A stretch of 64,000 nucleotides of DNA. Origin: Betaproteobacteria bacterium. GTDB lineage: Bacteria > Pseudomonadota > Gammaproteobacteria > Burkholderiales > SG8-41. Made by a program: the position numbers and the translations under genes. This document shows, one piece after another, positions 1-8,300 of this stretch. A model generated the notes under the pieces. That model ran no database searches and was not told the origin of the DNA. It saw only the letters and a list, made by a program, of their open reading frames with translations. The number at the start of each line of letters is the position of its first letter. Position 1 is the stretch's first letter. The DNA lies in NCBI GenBank assembly GCA_900299145.1, contig OMIN01000031.1:249-64248 (forward strand), read 5' to 3'.

Positions 1-803
1 CCGACTGCTTCGCCGTCATCCGTCAGCCGGTCAAACTCGGCGATGACTTTGTGCGCCCAGGCAATTTCATCCGCAGTCGGTGAAAGGCCCTTCACCAGCG
101 GATCGATGAAATTCGGATGCAGCGCGCCGGCATGATGCACGCCCGCAGCATGTAACGCAGCCGCCTGCTGTGCCGCCTGATCGGCCTGATCGACGCGGCC
201 GGATGGGTTGGGCACAAACACGCTACCGGTGGGTTCGATATCCAGCGCCATAGCCGCCAACGACACATTTGCCTGCGGGAACGCATACTGGTCGAAGCTC
301 GCGAACATTTCGATGCCGAGGTTGACCGCCATGTCGTAGCCGCCGCCGCCGCCAAGCGAGCGCAGCTTGCGTGGCGTCGCGGTGAGAAATTCGTAGATGT
401 TGACCGCGCCCAGCGCGGATTCGATCATGGGGTAAAGTTCAATCGTGCCTGGCACGATGCCGCGCTCTTTCTCAAGCTTGAGTATGATTTCATGAACGCG
501 GCGGTACTCCGCCGCCGATTCGGTTTTCGGGAGCATGATGCGGTCAACGCCGGGCCAAACCGCGTAGGGCAAGTCCGCATCGACAAACGGCTTGTTGATA
601 CGCACATAGATCGACGCGCCGCCCTTGCTGGCCTTGGCAATCGATTCGCGGATCAGCGTTCGGCAGCGCTGCTTTTCGGCGGGCGCGATGGAATCCTCGA
701 TGTCGAGAATGTAGGCATCACCACCGCGCGTCCAGGCCTTATCGATGAAACGCGGGTTGGTGGGCGTGACGAACATCACGCAGCGAGCGACTCGATTGTT
801 CAT
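1..803 (-). CDS. CitE/HpcH-like CoA ester lyase, paralog 1 (3' end runs off window)
   Basis: Hand translation from ATG 803 (absent from ORF track): MNNRVARCVMFVTPTNPRFIDKAWTRGGDAYILDIEDSIAP...VRIN...MLPKTES...PMIES...GGGYDM; CitE motifs. Confidence 0.85.
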   Translation of the reverse strand, partial: MNNRVARCVMFVTPTNPRFIDKAWTRGGDAYILDIEDSIAPAEKQRCRTLIRESIAKASKGGASIYVRINKPFVDADLPYAVWPGVDRIMLPKTESAAEYRRVHEIILKLEKERGIVPGTIELYPMIESALGAVNIYEFLTATPRKLRSLGGGGGYDMAVNLGIEMFASFDQYAFPQANVSLAAMALDIEPTGSVFVPNPSGRVDQADQAAQQAAALHAAGVHHAGALHPNFIDPLVKGLSPTADEIAWAHKVIAEFDRLTDDGEAV

Positions 804-834
804 GGGTTATTCCACTCAAAAATTTTCTTCGATA

Positions 835-1821
835 CTACCGATGCGCCGCGGCCTTGGCCTCGTCCCGCGCCTTGACCCGGTTCGCCCATTTCAGATACAG
901 CTTCGCGCGCAAATCCACCGGGACATCGATCATATTGCCATCAATGGGTACCGACGCCATGCCGCGCTTCAGCCCCTCAGCGAAAACCTCGATCACTTTT
1001 ACGTAATAGGCAGCTTCTTCCGGCGACGGGCAAAAGCCCGCGTTGCAGTGTTTGATCCACGAAGCGTGTGCGCACACCGCGCCTTTGAAGCCGGTGTCGC
1101 GCGCGATGCGTACGGCTTTCTTCACCGTGTCCTCATCCACATTAGCGCCGGTCAGACTCAGCGGATAACTCATGCCCAGTGCCTGCCCGCCCACCGATAC
1201 CGCCACCGTAATCAGCTGCGACTTGATGTATTCCAGCGGATCGAACGCGAGTGTCGCCGTTGTCTGCATACCAAGGCTTCTGCAGAGCACCAGCTCGTTG
1301 ATGTAGAACGCGCCAAAGCGTTTGCTCGCCCGCGCAATATCCAAAGCGTGCCACACACCGCCGGCTGTATCGACTTCCACATCGATTTCCAGCGAGCCGC
1401 GCGCCATGCCACGGCTTACCTCCAGCGTATCTAGACAGTGTGCTGCTACCGTGATATCCGTAGCAGCAGTGACACCGGTCAACACGATACCAGCGATACC
1501 ACCAAACACCACGGCATCCAGTTCAGCTGCCGCGCTGCCGCTCGCCACGCGCACGAACACTTCCGCGCCGCCGCGGCCCGCCGCGTATATCGCCGCTGGC
1601 ATGCGCGTTTTCAGATCGGTCTGCCAGTCGCGATCAGCTTCCTTCACAAAATCCAGGATGATCGCGTCAGCAAAAGAAGCGTATGCCTTGTCGCCGAGTT
1701 GCGCATCGTCAATAGACAGCGCCAACACCGAACGGCGAATGGTTTTGGGCATGGGCTTGTCGGCCGCCAATACCTGATCCTGAGTTGCGCTTTTATCTTG
1801 CATGGTCATGGTGTTCATCAC
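835..1821 (-). CDS. CitE/HpcH-like lyase, paralog 2 (divergent active site)
   Basis: RRSVL...ILDF...VRV...C-terminal PSPEE...GNMIDVP lid; GTG start overlaps upstream TGA. Confidence 0.8.
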   Translation of the reverse strand: MMNTMTMQDKSATQDQVLAADKPMPKTIRRSVLALSIDDAQLGDKAYASFADAIILDFVKEADRDWQTDLKTRMPAAIYAAGRGGAEVFVRVASGSAAAELDAVVFGGIAGIVLTGVTAATDITVAAHCLDTLEVSRGMARGSLEIDVEVDTAGGVWHALDIARASKRFGAFYINELVLCRSLGMQTTATLAFDPLEYIKSQLITVAVSVGGQALGMSYPLSLTGANVDEDTVKKAVRIARDTGFKGAVCAHASWIKHCNAGFCPSPEEAAYYVKVIEVFAEGLKRGMASVPIDGNMIDVPVDLRAKLYLKWANRVKARDEAKAAAHR

Positions 1822-2546
1822 TGGGCAAACCCTTCATTCACCGCCGCCACCTGCTCCGGCGCAGCGCACACGCAGCCGGTAAAACCCATCAGCCGCGCTT
1901 CCCGTGCCGCCTTCGCCGTGCTTTCTTTGGAAGCCACGCCCCCGCGCGAGTCGGGCCGCCACAATGCGCCGAGCGGCTGCTTCCCGAGCATGCGCGCCAC
2001 CAACAGCGCACGCGTCATCAGGAAGCGATACAACCGAAACTCGTTCTGCGGCACCGGCCCCAGCCGCATCGTCAAATCAATGCGCCCGACACCCAGCGCC
2101 GTTACGCGCGGGCTTGCCTTCGCGATGGCATCAGCGTTCCAGAAGCCGCGCGCCGATTCGAGCATCAGCACAAGTTCCGTCGCGCCCGGCTCGACGCCGC
2201 GCTCGCGCTCGATGGCCGTGATGAGTTCGCCCACTTCGGCGACTTCGTCGGTCGAATCGGCGCCTGGAAATACAATCCCCCGGATGCCGCGAGTCACCGC
2301 GGCGCGCACATCGGCCCAGCGCGTATCGCGGTCAATGCGCACAAAGACCTCAACCTGACTGTCGGCCAGTTTCTGGATGACCGCTGTCAAGCCTTCGCGC
2401 GCGGCCGCTTTTGCCTTCGGCGGCACGGTGTATTCAAGATCGAGCACCACCACGTCAGGCTTGATATCCGCGCATCGTGCGAGCGCGGCCGCGTCATGCG
2501 CGGACACGATCATCCACGAGCGCCGGTTGTTTGTGTTATCTGTCAT
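1818..2546 (-). CDS. CitE/HpcH-like lyase, paralog 3 (short C-terminus)
   Basis: RRSW...VLDLEY...VRID...LMLES...GRIDL; GGAGG RBS upstream of ATG 2546. Confidence 0.8.
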   Translation of the reverse strand: MTDNTNNRRSWMIVSAHDAAALARCADIKPDVVVLDLEYTVPPKAKAAAREGLTAVIQKLADSQVEVFVRIDRDTRWADVRAAVTRGIRGIVFPGADSTDEVAEVGELITAIERERGVEPGATELVLMLESARGFWNADAIAKASPRVTALGVGRIDLTMRLGPVPQNEFRLYRFLMTRALLVARMLGKQPLGALWRPDSRGGVASKESTAKAAREARLMGFTGCVCAAPEQVAAVNEGFAQ

Positions 2547-2582
2547 AGTCCCTGTCTCCTCCATTAATGCAACACCTACGTT

Positions 2583-3575
2583 TCATTCCAGCCGGATTTT
2601 CGCATCCCTGATGAGTTTTGCATAACGGGTGAGATCGGTCTTGATCAACGCGGCAAACTGCTCCGGCGATCCGATCATGGTGTCGGCACCCATTTTTTGC
2701 AGGGTATCCCGCACGTCCGGCGTGCGCAAGATGCGCGCGTATTCCGCTGACAGCTTGTCGATAATCGCGCGCGGCGTTCTTGCCGGCGCCAGCACGCCCT
2801 GCCACGAATTGACGGAAAAACCCGGCAGGCCCGCCTCGGTAAACGTCGGCACGTCCGGCAGCGAAATCAGCCGATTCTCGCCAGAAATCGCGATGGCTCG
2901 GATGCGCCCGGCCTTGACGAAAGGCGTCAGCGGCAAGGCATTGTTGGTAAACACCTGTACCTGCCCACCGACGAGATCGGTCACCGCCGGCCCTGCGCCC
3001 TTGTGCGGAATATGCTGCATCTTGATGCCGGCAAGTATGCTGAAGAGCTCAAGCGCCAGATGATTGGCAGTGCCGCTGCCCGACGACGCATAGTTGAGCT
3101 GCCCCGGTCTGGCTTTGGCGAGCGCGATCAACTCCTGCAGGTTATTCGCCGGCAATTGCGGATTGACCACCAGCAGCGTTTCGGTGCCAACAAGCGTCGC
3201 CACCGGCGCGAAATCGCGCACCGCGTCATACGGCGTTTTCAGCAGACTCGGATTGATGGCGTGCGTGCTGGTGACGTGCAGCAGCGTATAGCCGTCGGGC
3301 GCGGCCTTGACCATTGCCTCACTCCCAATGATGGTGTTGCCGCCGCCGCGATTGTCCACCACCACCTGCTGGCCCCAACTGTCGGTGAGCTTTTGCCCGA
3401 TCAAGCGCGCGATGATGGTGGTGCTGCCGCCAGGCGGGAACGTCACGATCATGCGGATGGGTTTGCTCGGGTAACCTGCGGCGGGGCTTTGCGCGTGAGC
3501 AGCTGTTCCGCCGTGGCAGGCGAACACAGCCAAGACGTATAAAAAGCTAATCAAAAACAAATACTTACGATCCAT
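2583..3575 (-). CDS. Bug/TctC tripartite tricarboxylate transporter substrate-binding protein
   Basis: YPSKPIRMIVTFPPGG, VDNRGGG, PDGYTL, PDVPT motifs; signal peptide; GGAGG RBS before ATG 3575. Confidence 0.93.
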   Translation of the reverse strand: MDRKYLFLISFLYVLAVFACHGGTAAHAQSPAAGYPSKPIRMIVTFPPGGSTTIIARLIGQKLTDSWGQQVVVDNRGGGNTIIGSEAMVKAAPDGYTLLHVTSTHAINPSLLKTPYDAVRDFAPVATLVGTETLLVVNPQLPANNLQELIALAKARPGQLNYASSGSGTANHLALELFSILAGIKMQHIPHKGAGPAVTDLVGGQVQVFTNNALPLTPFVKAGRIRAIAISGENRLISLPDVPTFTEAGLPGFSVNSWQGVLAPARTPRAIIDKLSAEYARILRTPDVRDTLQKMGADTMIGSPEQFAALIKTDLTRYAKLIRDAKIRLE

Positions 3576-3738
3576 ACACACCTCCGTTAACTTGAGGATG
3601 CGGGGAGTAAATACGCGCTCGCGAGGTAACGCGAACTTATCTGATTGGTGCTTCCGATTGCTGCCGTGAAACAACCTGAGACTTCAGCTGCACGCTGGCG
3701 AGAGGGCGCTGGTGTTTGTGAACGGCGCAATTGCAGCG

Positions 3739-3775
3739 CCCTCGCGCCAGCCCTCTCCCTTGCACGGGAGAGGGG
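3739..3775. repeat. REP-like palindrome CCCTCTCCC-N6-GGGAGAGGG
   Basis: Perfect 9-bp stem 3751-3759/3766-3774; related element at 30232. Confidence 0.7.
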
Positions 3776-3837
3776 TATTACCTGGGGACTTGCTCTGCCC
3801 GGAAATGCCTTACTGCACGTGGCAGATGAAACGCAAG

Positions 3838-4995
3838 TTACGAATGCCCACCTGCCGCACGCAGTGCCGGCGCTGCTTCGCCCTGCGGTGCAGTGGGCGC
3901 TTCCGGACGCATCCAGCTGGTGATGGGCTTAGCCCACGGCGAATGCGCGCCTTCGTACGCTTTCGGGCCCTTGATGAAGTGCTTGGCCTGATCCAGTGTT
4001 TCGATGTGCGGCATGTCCATTGCGTAGAGCTTGTTGAAACGCGGACGCGGCCCCGCCTTCGACACGAAACCATAGAGCTGGTGCCCCACCACTTCCTCGG
4101 CCAGCCACACCGCTTCGATCAGTTTTTCCAGATTGACGCCGGTGTCGATGCCCATTTCTTCGAGCATGTGCATCAGATCTTCAGTTGCGATCATCGAAGC
4201 GCCGCGGCCATTGCCGCAATACGGGCAGCCCGCCATGCCGCCGATGGCCGATTGCAGACGCAGTGTGTCGTCGCCGTCCATCTGTTTCATCGCGGCGTAA
4301 ACCGACGCCAGCGCCACGCCACGCGTGTTGTGCAGATGCAGGTTGAAATCCCTGATATGCGGCCAGCGCTGCTTGATGGCGACAATGCACGCCTCCACCT
4401 GATGCGGCATGTTCCAGCCCATCGCGTCAGACATGCCGATTTTCGTCACCTTGATGCCGGCCTCGGCCCACAGACTGTGCATGCGGTCGAACATGTGCAT
4501 CAGTTGTTCCACTGTGACGTCGCCGCTCCAGTTCGAGCCGAAGGCGTTGCTGATTGACATGCAGCCCTCGGTCGCGCCGTTGGCCACCGCCTGCTCGATG
4601 CTCTTCGGCCAGGTGGCCACCTGCTGCGCCACCGAGCGGTTGGTGTTGCGCTGCGCGAACACGTCGCACATGTCCACGCGCGTAGCGTACTCCAGCGCTT
4701 TTTTGGTAAGCGGCGGGCTGTAGGCTCGTGCGCGCTCGCGCCCCTTGTCATTCAATGCGGTGTAGACATAGCGCACGCCGGGGCGCGGCGTGAAGCGCGT
4801 CACCAGTTCCTCCATCACCGCCATTTGCGGCGTGTACTTCGGGCTGACAAATGAACCAACCGCGATTTCCTTCAGGCCGGTGTCCGACAGTGCATCAAGC
4901 AGACGGATTTTGTCATCGACGGGAATTTTCGCGCTCTCGATCTGCAAACCTTCGCGCATGCCTTCTTCGGTGTGAACAATTTTGGGATAACCCAT
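3838..4995 (-). CDS. HMG-CoA lyase-like DRE-TIM metallolyase
   Basis: EEGMREGLQ, GSFVSPK, HLHNTRG, GGMAGCPYC, ATEDL motifs. Confidence 0.85.
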   Translation of the reverse strand: MGYPKIVHTEEGMREGLQIESAKIPVDDKIRLLDALSDTGLKEIAVGSFVSPKYTPQMAVMEELVTRFTPRPGVRYVYTALNDKGRERARAYSPPLTKKALEYATRVDMCDVFAQRNTNRSVAQQVATWPKSIEQAVANGATEGCMSISNAFGSNWSGDVTVEQLMHMFDRMHSLWAEAGIKVTKIGMSDAMGWNMPHQVEACIVAIKQRWPHIRDFNLHLHNTRGVALASVYAAMKQMDGDDTLRLQSAIGGMAGCPYCGNGRGASMIATEDLMHMLEEMGIDTGVNLEKLIEAVWLAEEVVGHQLYGFVSKAGPRPRFNKLYAMDMPHIETLDQAKHFIKGPKAYEGAHSPWAKPITSWMRPEAPTAPQGEAAPALRAAGGHS

Positions 4996-5236
4996 GATCG
5001 AACTCCTTGGTGTGTGTGGAGGGGGACGGATTCAGAATGAAACGGAGGTAAAACGCTGATGCAACGGGGGTATTACTAAAGTGAAAGTGCCGGACGCATG
5101 AACCGCTCCGGATCGCCACAAATCATTATAGGAGCGCCCCCACTACGGCGCAACGTGCAACGAAACAAACAGCAGACGGACTAAGCCCCGCAGGCAGGTG
5201 AACCAAAGCCCAGAGCGGGGTCGCGCGCGGGAAGAC

Positions 5237-7153
5237 TTATTTGTCCTTCTTCTCGGACAGCGATTCCTTGCGGATTTTCACCTCTCCCTTTTGCTTCAGG
5301 CTCGCCAGAAACGCGGCGTTTTGCTCCTGCAACAGGGCCTGCCCCATGGCCGCGGCGAGGCTCTTTTCTTTTTCAGCGTCGATCTTTTCCGGCTCGACTG
5401 TGCGCGTCACGCGCACCAGCGTGTAGCCCTGCGGCGTTTCCACGCCGGAATAAGCAGGCAATTTCGACACATCGGTGCGCAGAATCTGCTTGCGCAAGTC
5501 ATCATCCAAGTCTTTGATTTGGCTTGAAAAGTTCACCAACTGTGATTTACTCCAGTTGACTTCGGCATCCTTGCCATCCTTACCTTGGCGCAGCTTTTCC
5601 AGCGTCGCCCGCCCTTCCTGCGCGGCCAATTGCGTGGCGCGCTGACGCGTGAGCTTGTTCACGATCTCAACCTGCACCTCCTCAAACGGGCGCACCACGG
5701 CAGGCTTGTGTTCGAGCAGGCGCGCAGAAACCAGCGTGCCGGGTGACACTTCAACCGCTTCGGTATTGCGCTTGTTCTTCAACACCTCGTCCGAAAATAT
5801 CGCCTGCAGCAATTTGGGATTGGTCAGTCGTGGGTCACCCGCACCACCCCCACGCGTAAAGAATCCGCTTTGCAACGGTGCGGATTTGGCCAAATCCTCC
5901 GCAGATTTCAACGTGTCGGCTTGCTCAAACACCATGTTGTTGAATTGCTCGGCCAGCGCGGCGAATTCCTTGCCCGCCGCCGCACGCCGCAGGTCGGTTT
6001 CGATTTTGCCGCGCTCGGCCTCGAACGACGGCGGCTTGGTGGCGGAAATGCCGGTAAGCTTGATAATGTGCAGGCCAAATTCGGATTCCACGATGTCGGA
6101 AATTTCACCGACCTTCATGCCGAACGCCGCGTCGGAAAACGGCTTCACCATGTCCGCGCGCTTGAAGTTGCCCAAGTCGCCGCCATTCACCGCCGAGCCC
6201 GGATCCTGTGAATTCGCTTTGGCGATGTCGGCAAACGCCGCCGGCTTGGCTTTCACCTGTTTCAACAAATCTTCGGCTTTGGCGCGGGCCTTTTTCTTGT
6301 CTTCAGCCGAGGCCTTGGCGTCCACAGAAATCAGGATGTGGCTAGCCTGGCGCTGCTCCTGCACCTGCACGCGCTTGGCTGAATCATCAAACACGCGCTT
6401 GACGTCTTCCGGATCGATTTTCTGACTGGGCAGCAGCGCGTCGAGCGACAGCACCACATATTCGACGCGCACCTGCTCCGGCGTACGGAATTCATCCTGC
6501 CGGCTGTCGTAATATTTTTTCGCGGCGTCGCCCTCGATACTCACCTTGCTTTCAAAGCTCGCGGGCGTCAGTGTGAACGTGCTGGCCTCGCGCTGCGTTT
6601 CCATCAGTTTCGACAACTGCTGCACCACGGTACGCGGCAGGAAGTGCGCTTCGCCATAAGCATCGTTCACCTGGCTTAGCATCAGATCACGACGCATTTC
6701 ATATTCGAACTGGGCCGCGCTCTTGCCGCGGGTTTTCAGGAAATTTTCATACATTTCTATGGAAAACTTGCCGTTCTCCTGAAACGCCGGCGCCTGCCCC
6801 AGTATGATCTGCAACTGCGCATCCGTCGTCACCATGCGCGAACGCTCCGCCTGTTGCAGCAGCAGTTGACGACTCGCCAGTGCCTCGGCGACGCTGAATC
6901 GCATTTCCGGGTTGTCGAGCATTGCCGGGTCCATCTTGCCGCCCATCATTTGCTGCAGGCGGTCCTGCTGTTCGCGCAGCGCGACGTTGAATTCCTGCTG
7001 GCTGATTTTTTCGCCGTTTACCGTGGCAATGGTGGTGGCGGATTCGTCGCCGCGCAAATAGGAATCCACGCCGAAGAAAGCAAACGGCGGCACGATGAGC
7101 AGCGCCAGCACCAGTTGCAGCGCACGCTTGTGCCGGTAAACAAAATCAAACAT
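5237..7153 (-). CDS. ppiD: PpiD periplasmic chaperone/peptidyl-prolyl isomerase
   Basis: N-terminal TM, SurA-N domain, rotamase motif ASHIL...[14 protein letters not shown]...SEFGLHII; 638 aa. Confidence 0.92.
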   Translation of the reverse strand: MFDFVYRHKRALQLVLALLIVPPFAFFGVDSYLRGDESATTIATVNGEKISQQEFNVALREQQDRLQQMMGGKMDPAMLDNPEMRFSVAEALASRQLLLQQAERSRMVTTDAQLQIILGQAPAFQENGKFSIEMYENFLKTRGKSAAQFEYEMRRDLMLSQVNDAYGEAHFLPRTVVQQLSKLMETQREASTFTLTPASFESKVSIEGDAAKKYYDSRQDEFRTPEQVRVEYVVLSLDALLPSQKIDPEDVKRVFDDSAKRVQVQEQRQASHILISVDAKASAEDKKKARAKAEDLLKQVKAKPAAFADIAKANSQDPGSAVNGGDLGNFKRADMVKPFSDAAFGMKVGEISDIVESEFGLHIIKLTGISATKPPSFEAERGKIETDLRRAAAGKEFAALAEQFNNMVFEQADTLKSAEDLAKSAPLQSGFFTRGGGAGDPRLTNPKLLQAIFSDEVLKNKRNTEAVEVSPGTLVSARLLEHKPAVVRPFEEVQVEIVNKLTRQRATQLAAQEGRATLEKLRQGKDGKDAEVNWSKSQLVNFSSQIKDLDDDLRKQILRTDVSKLPAYSGVETPQGYTLVRVTRTVEPEKIDAEKEKSLAAAMGQALLQEQNAAFLASLKQKGEVKIRKESLSEKKDK

Positions 7154-7489
7154 GTGCGAAATACCCTAAAAAAGAGCTCAAATAAATAACAAATCAGGAG
7201 GACAAAAGTGCACGGTCCGTGAACTTAAGCGAAGTGAGATATAAACCTGAATACAAACCTGAATCAGAACCAAAAATTCAAATAAATCAATATGTTAGGA
7301 TCATTTTGCCGGGCATGATACGCGATTTTGCGTGAAAATTCCAGAAACCCCAGATGCCCTTGCTGACAAAACAGCCATCAGGCATTTCCGGCTTGAATGC
7401 CACCCTGCCAAACACCCATCCTGAATTACAATACCGCTCCCACGGATACCCCGGCAAGAAGACCCATCGTGCGTTCGCACCCTCACCGC

Positions 7490-8296
7490 ATGCCCATCGA
7501 CATCAAAACCTCACAAGACATCGAAAAGATGCGCATCGCGGGCCGCCTCGCCGCTGAAGTGCTCGACTACATCGCCCCCTTTGTCACCGCCGGCCGCACC
7601 ACCAACGAGATCGATCAGCTCTGCCACGATTACATGGTGAAAGTGCAGCAGACGATACCCGCGCCACTCAATTATTGTCCGCCGGGTTACTCGCCCTATC
7701 CAAAGTCGATCTGCACGTCTGTGAACCACGTCATTTGCCATGGTATCCCCGGCGAGAAGAAGCTGAAAAACGGCGACGTGGTCAATATCGACATCACGGT
7801 AATCAAGGACGGTTACCACGGCGACACCAGCCGCATGTTCTACGTCGGCACGCCGTCGATACAGGCCAAGCGCCTGTGCGAAATCACTTACGAATGCATG
7901 TGGCGCGGCATCCGGCAGGTCGCGCCCGGCGCGCGGCTGGGCGACATCGGCCACGCGATTCAGAGCCACGCCGAAGCCAACGGCTACAGCGTGGTACGCG
8001 AATTTTGCGGCCACGGCATCGGCAAGAAATTCCACGAGGAACCGCAGGTGGTGCATTACGGCCGGCCGGGCACCGGTGTACCGCTCAGCGCCGGCATGAC
8101 ATTTACCGTCGAGCCGATGATTAACGCCGGCCGCGCAGACATCCGCGGCCTCGCCGACGGCTGGACCATTGTCACCAAGGATCACAGTCTGTCGGCGCAG
8201 TGGGAGCACACTGTGCTGGTCACCGATTCCGGTTTTGAAATTCTGACCGTCTCGCCTGGCATGCCGCCAGAGCCAGCCCCTGCGGCGGCGCGCTGA
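7490..8296 (+). CDS. map: Methionine aminopeptidase type I
   Basis: SVNHVICHGIP, DGYHGDTSR, FCGHGIG, HEEPQV, SAQWEHT; start placed at MPIDIK. Confidence 0.96.
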   Translation: MPIDIKTSQDIEKMRIAGRLAAEVLDYIAPFVTAGRTTNEIDQLCHDYMVKVQQTIPAPLNYCPPGYSPYPKSICTSVNHVICHGIPGEKKLKNGDVVNIDITVIKDGYHGDTSRMFYVGTPSIQAKRLCEITYECMWRGIRQVAPGARLGDIGHAIQSHAEANGYSVVREFCGHGIGKKFHEEPQVVHYGRPGTGVPLSAGMTFTVEPMINAGRADIRGLADGWTIVTKDHSLSAQWEHTVLVTDSGFEILTVSPGMPPEPAPAAAR

Positions 8297-8300
8297 TCCC

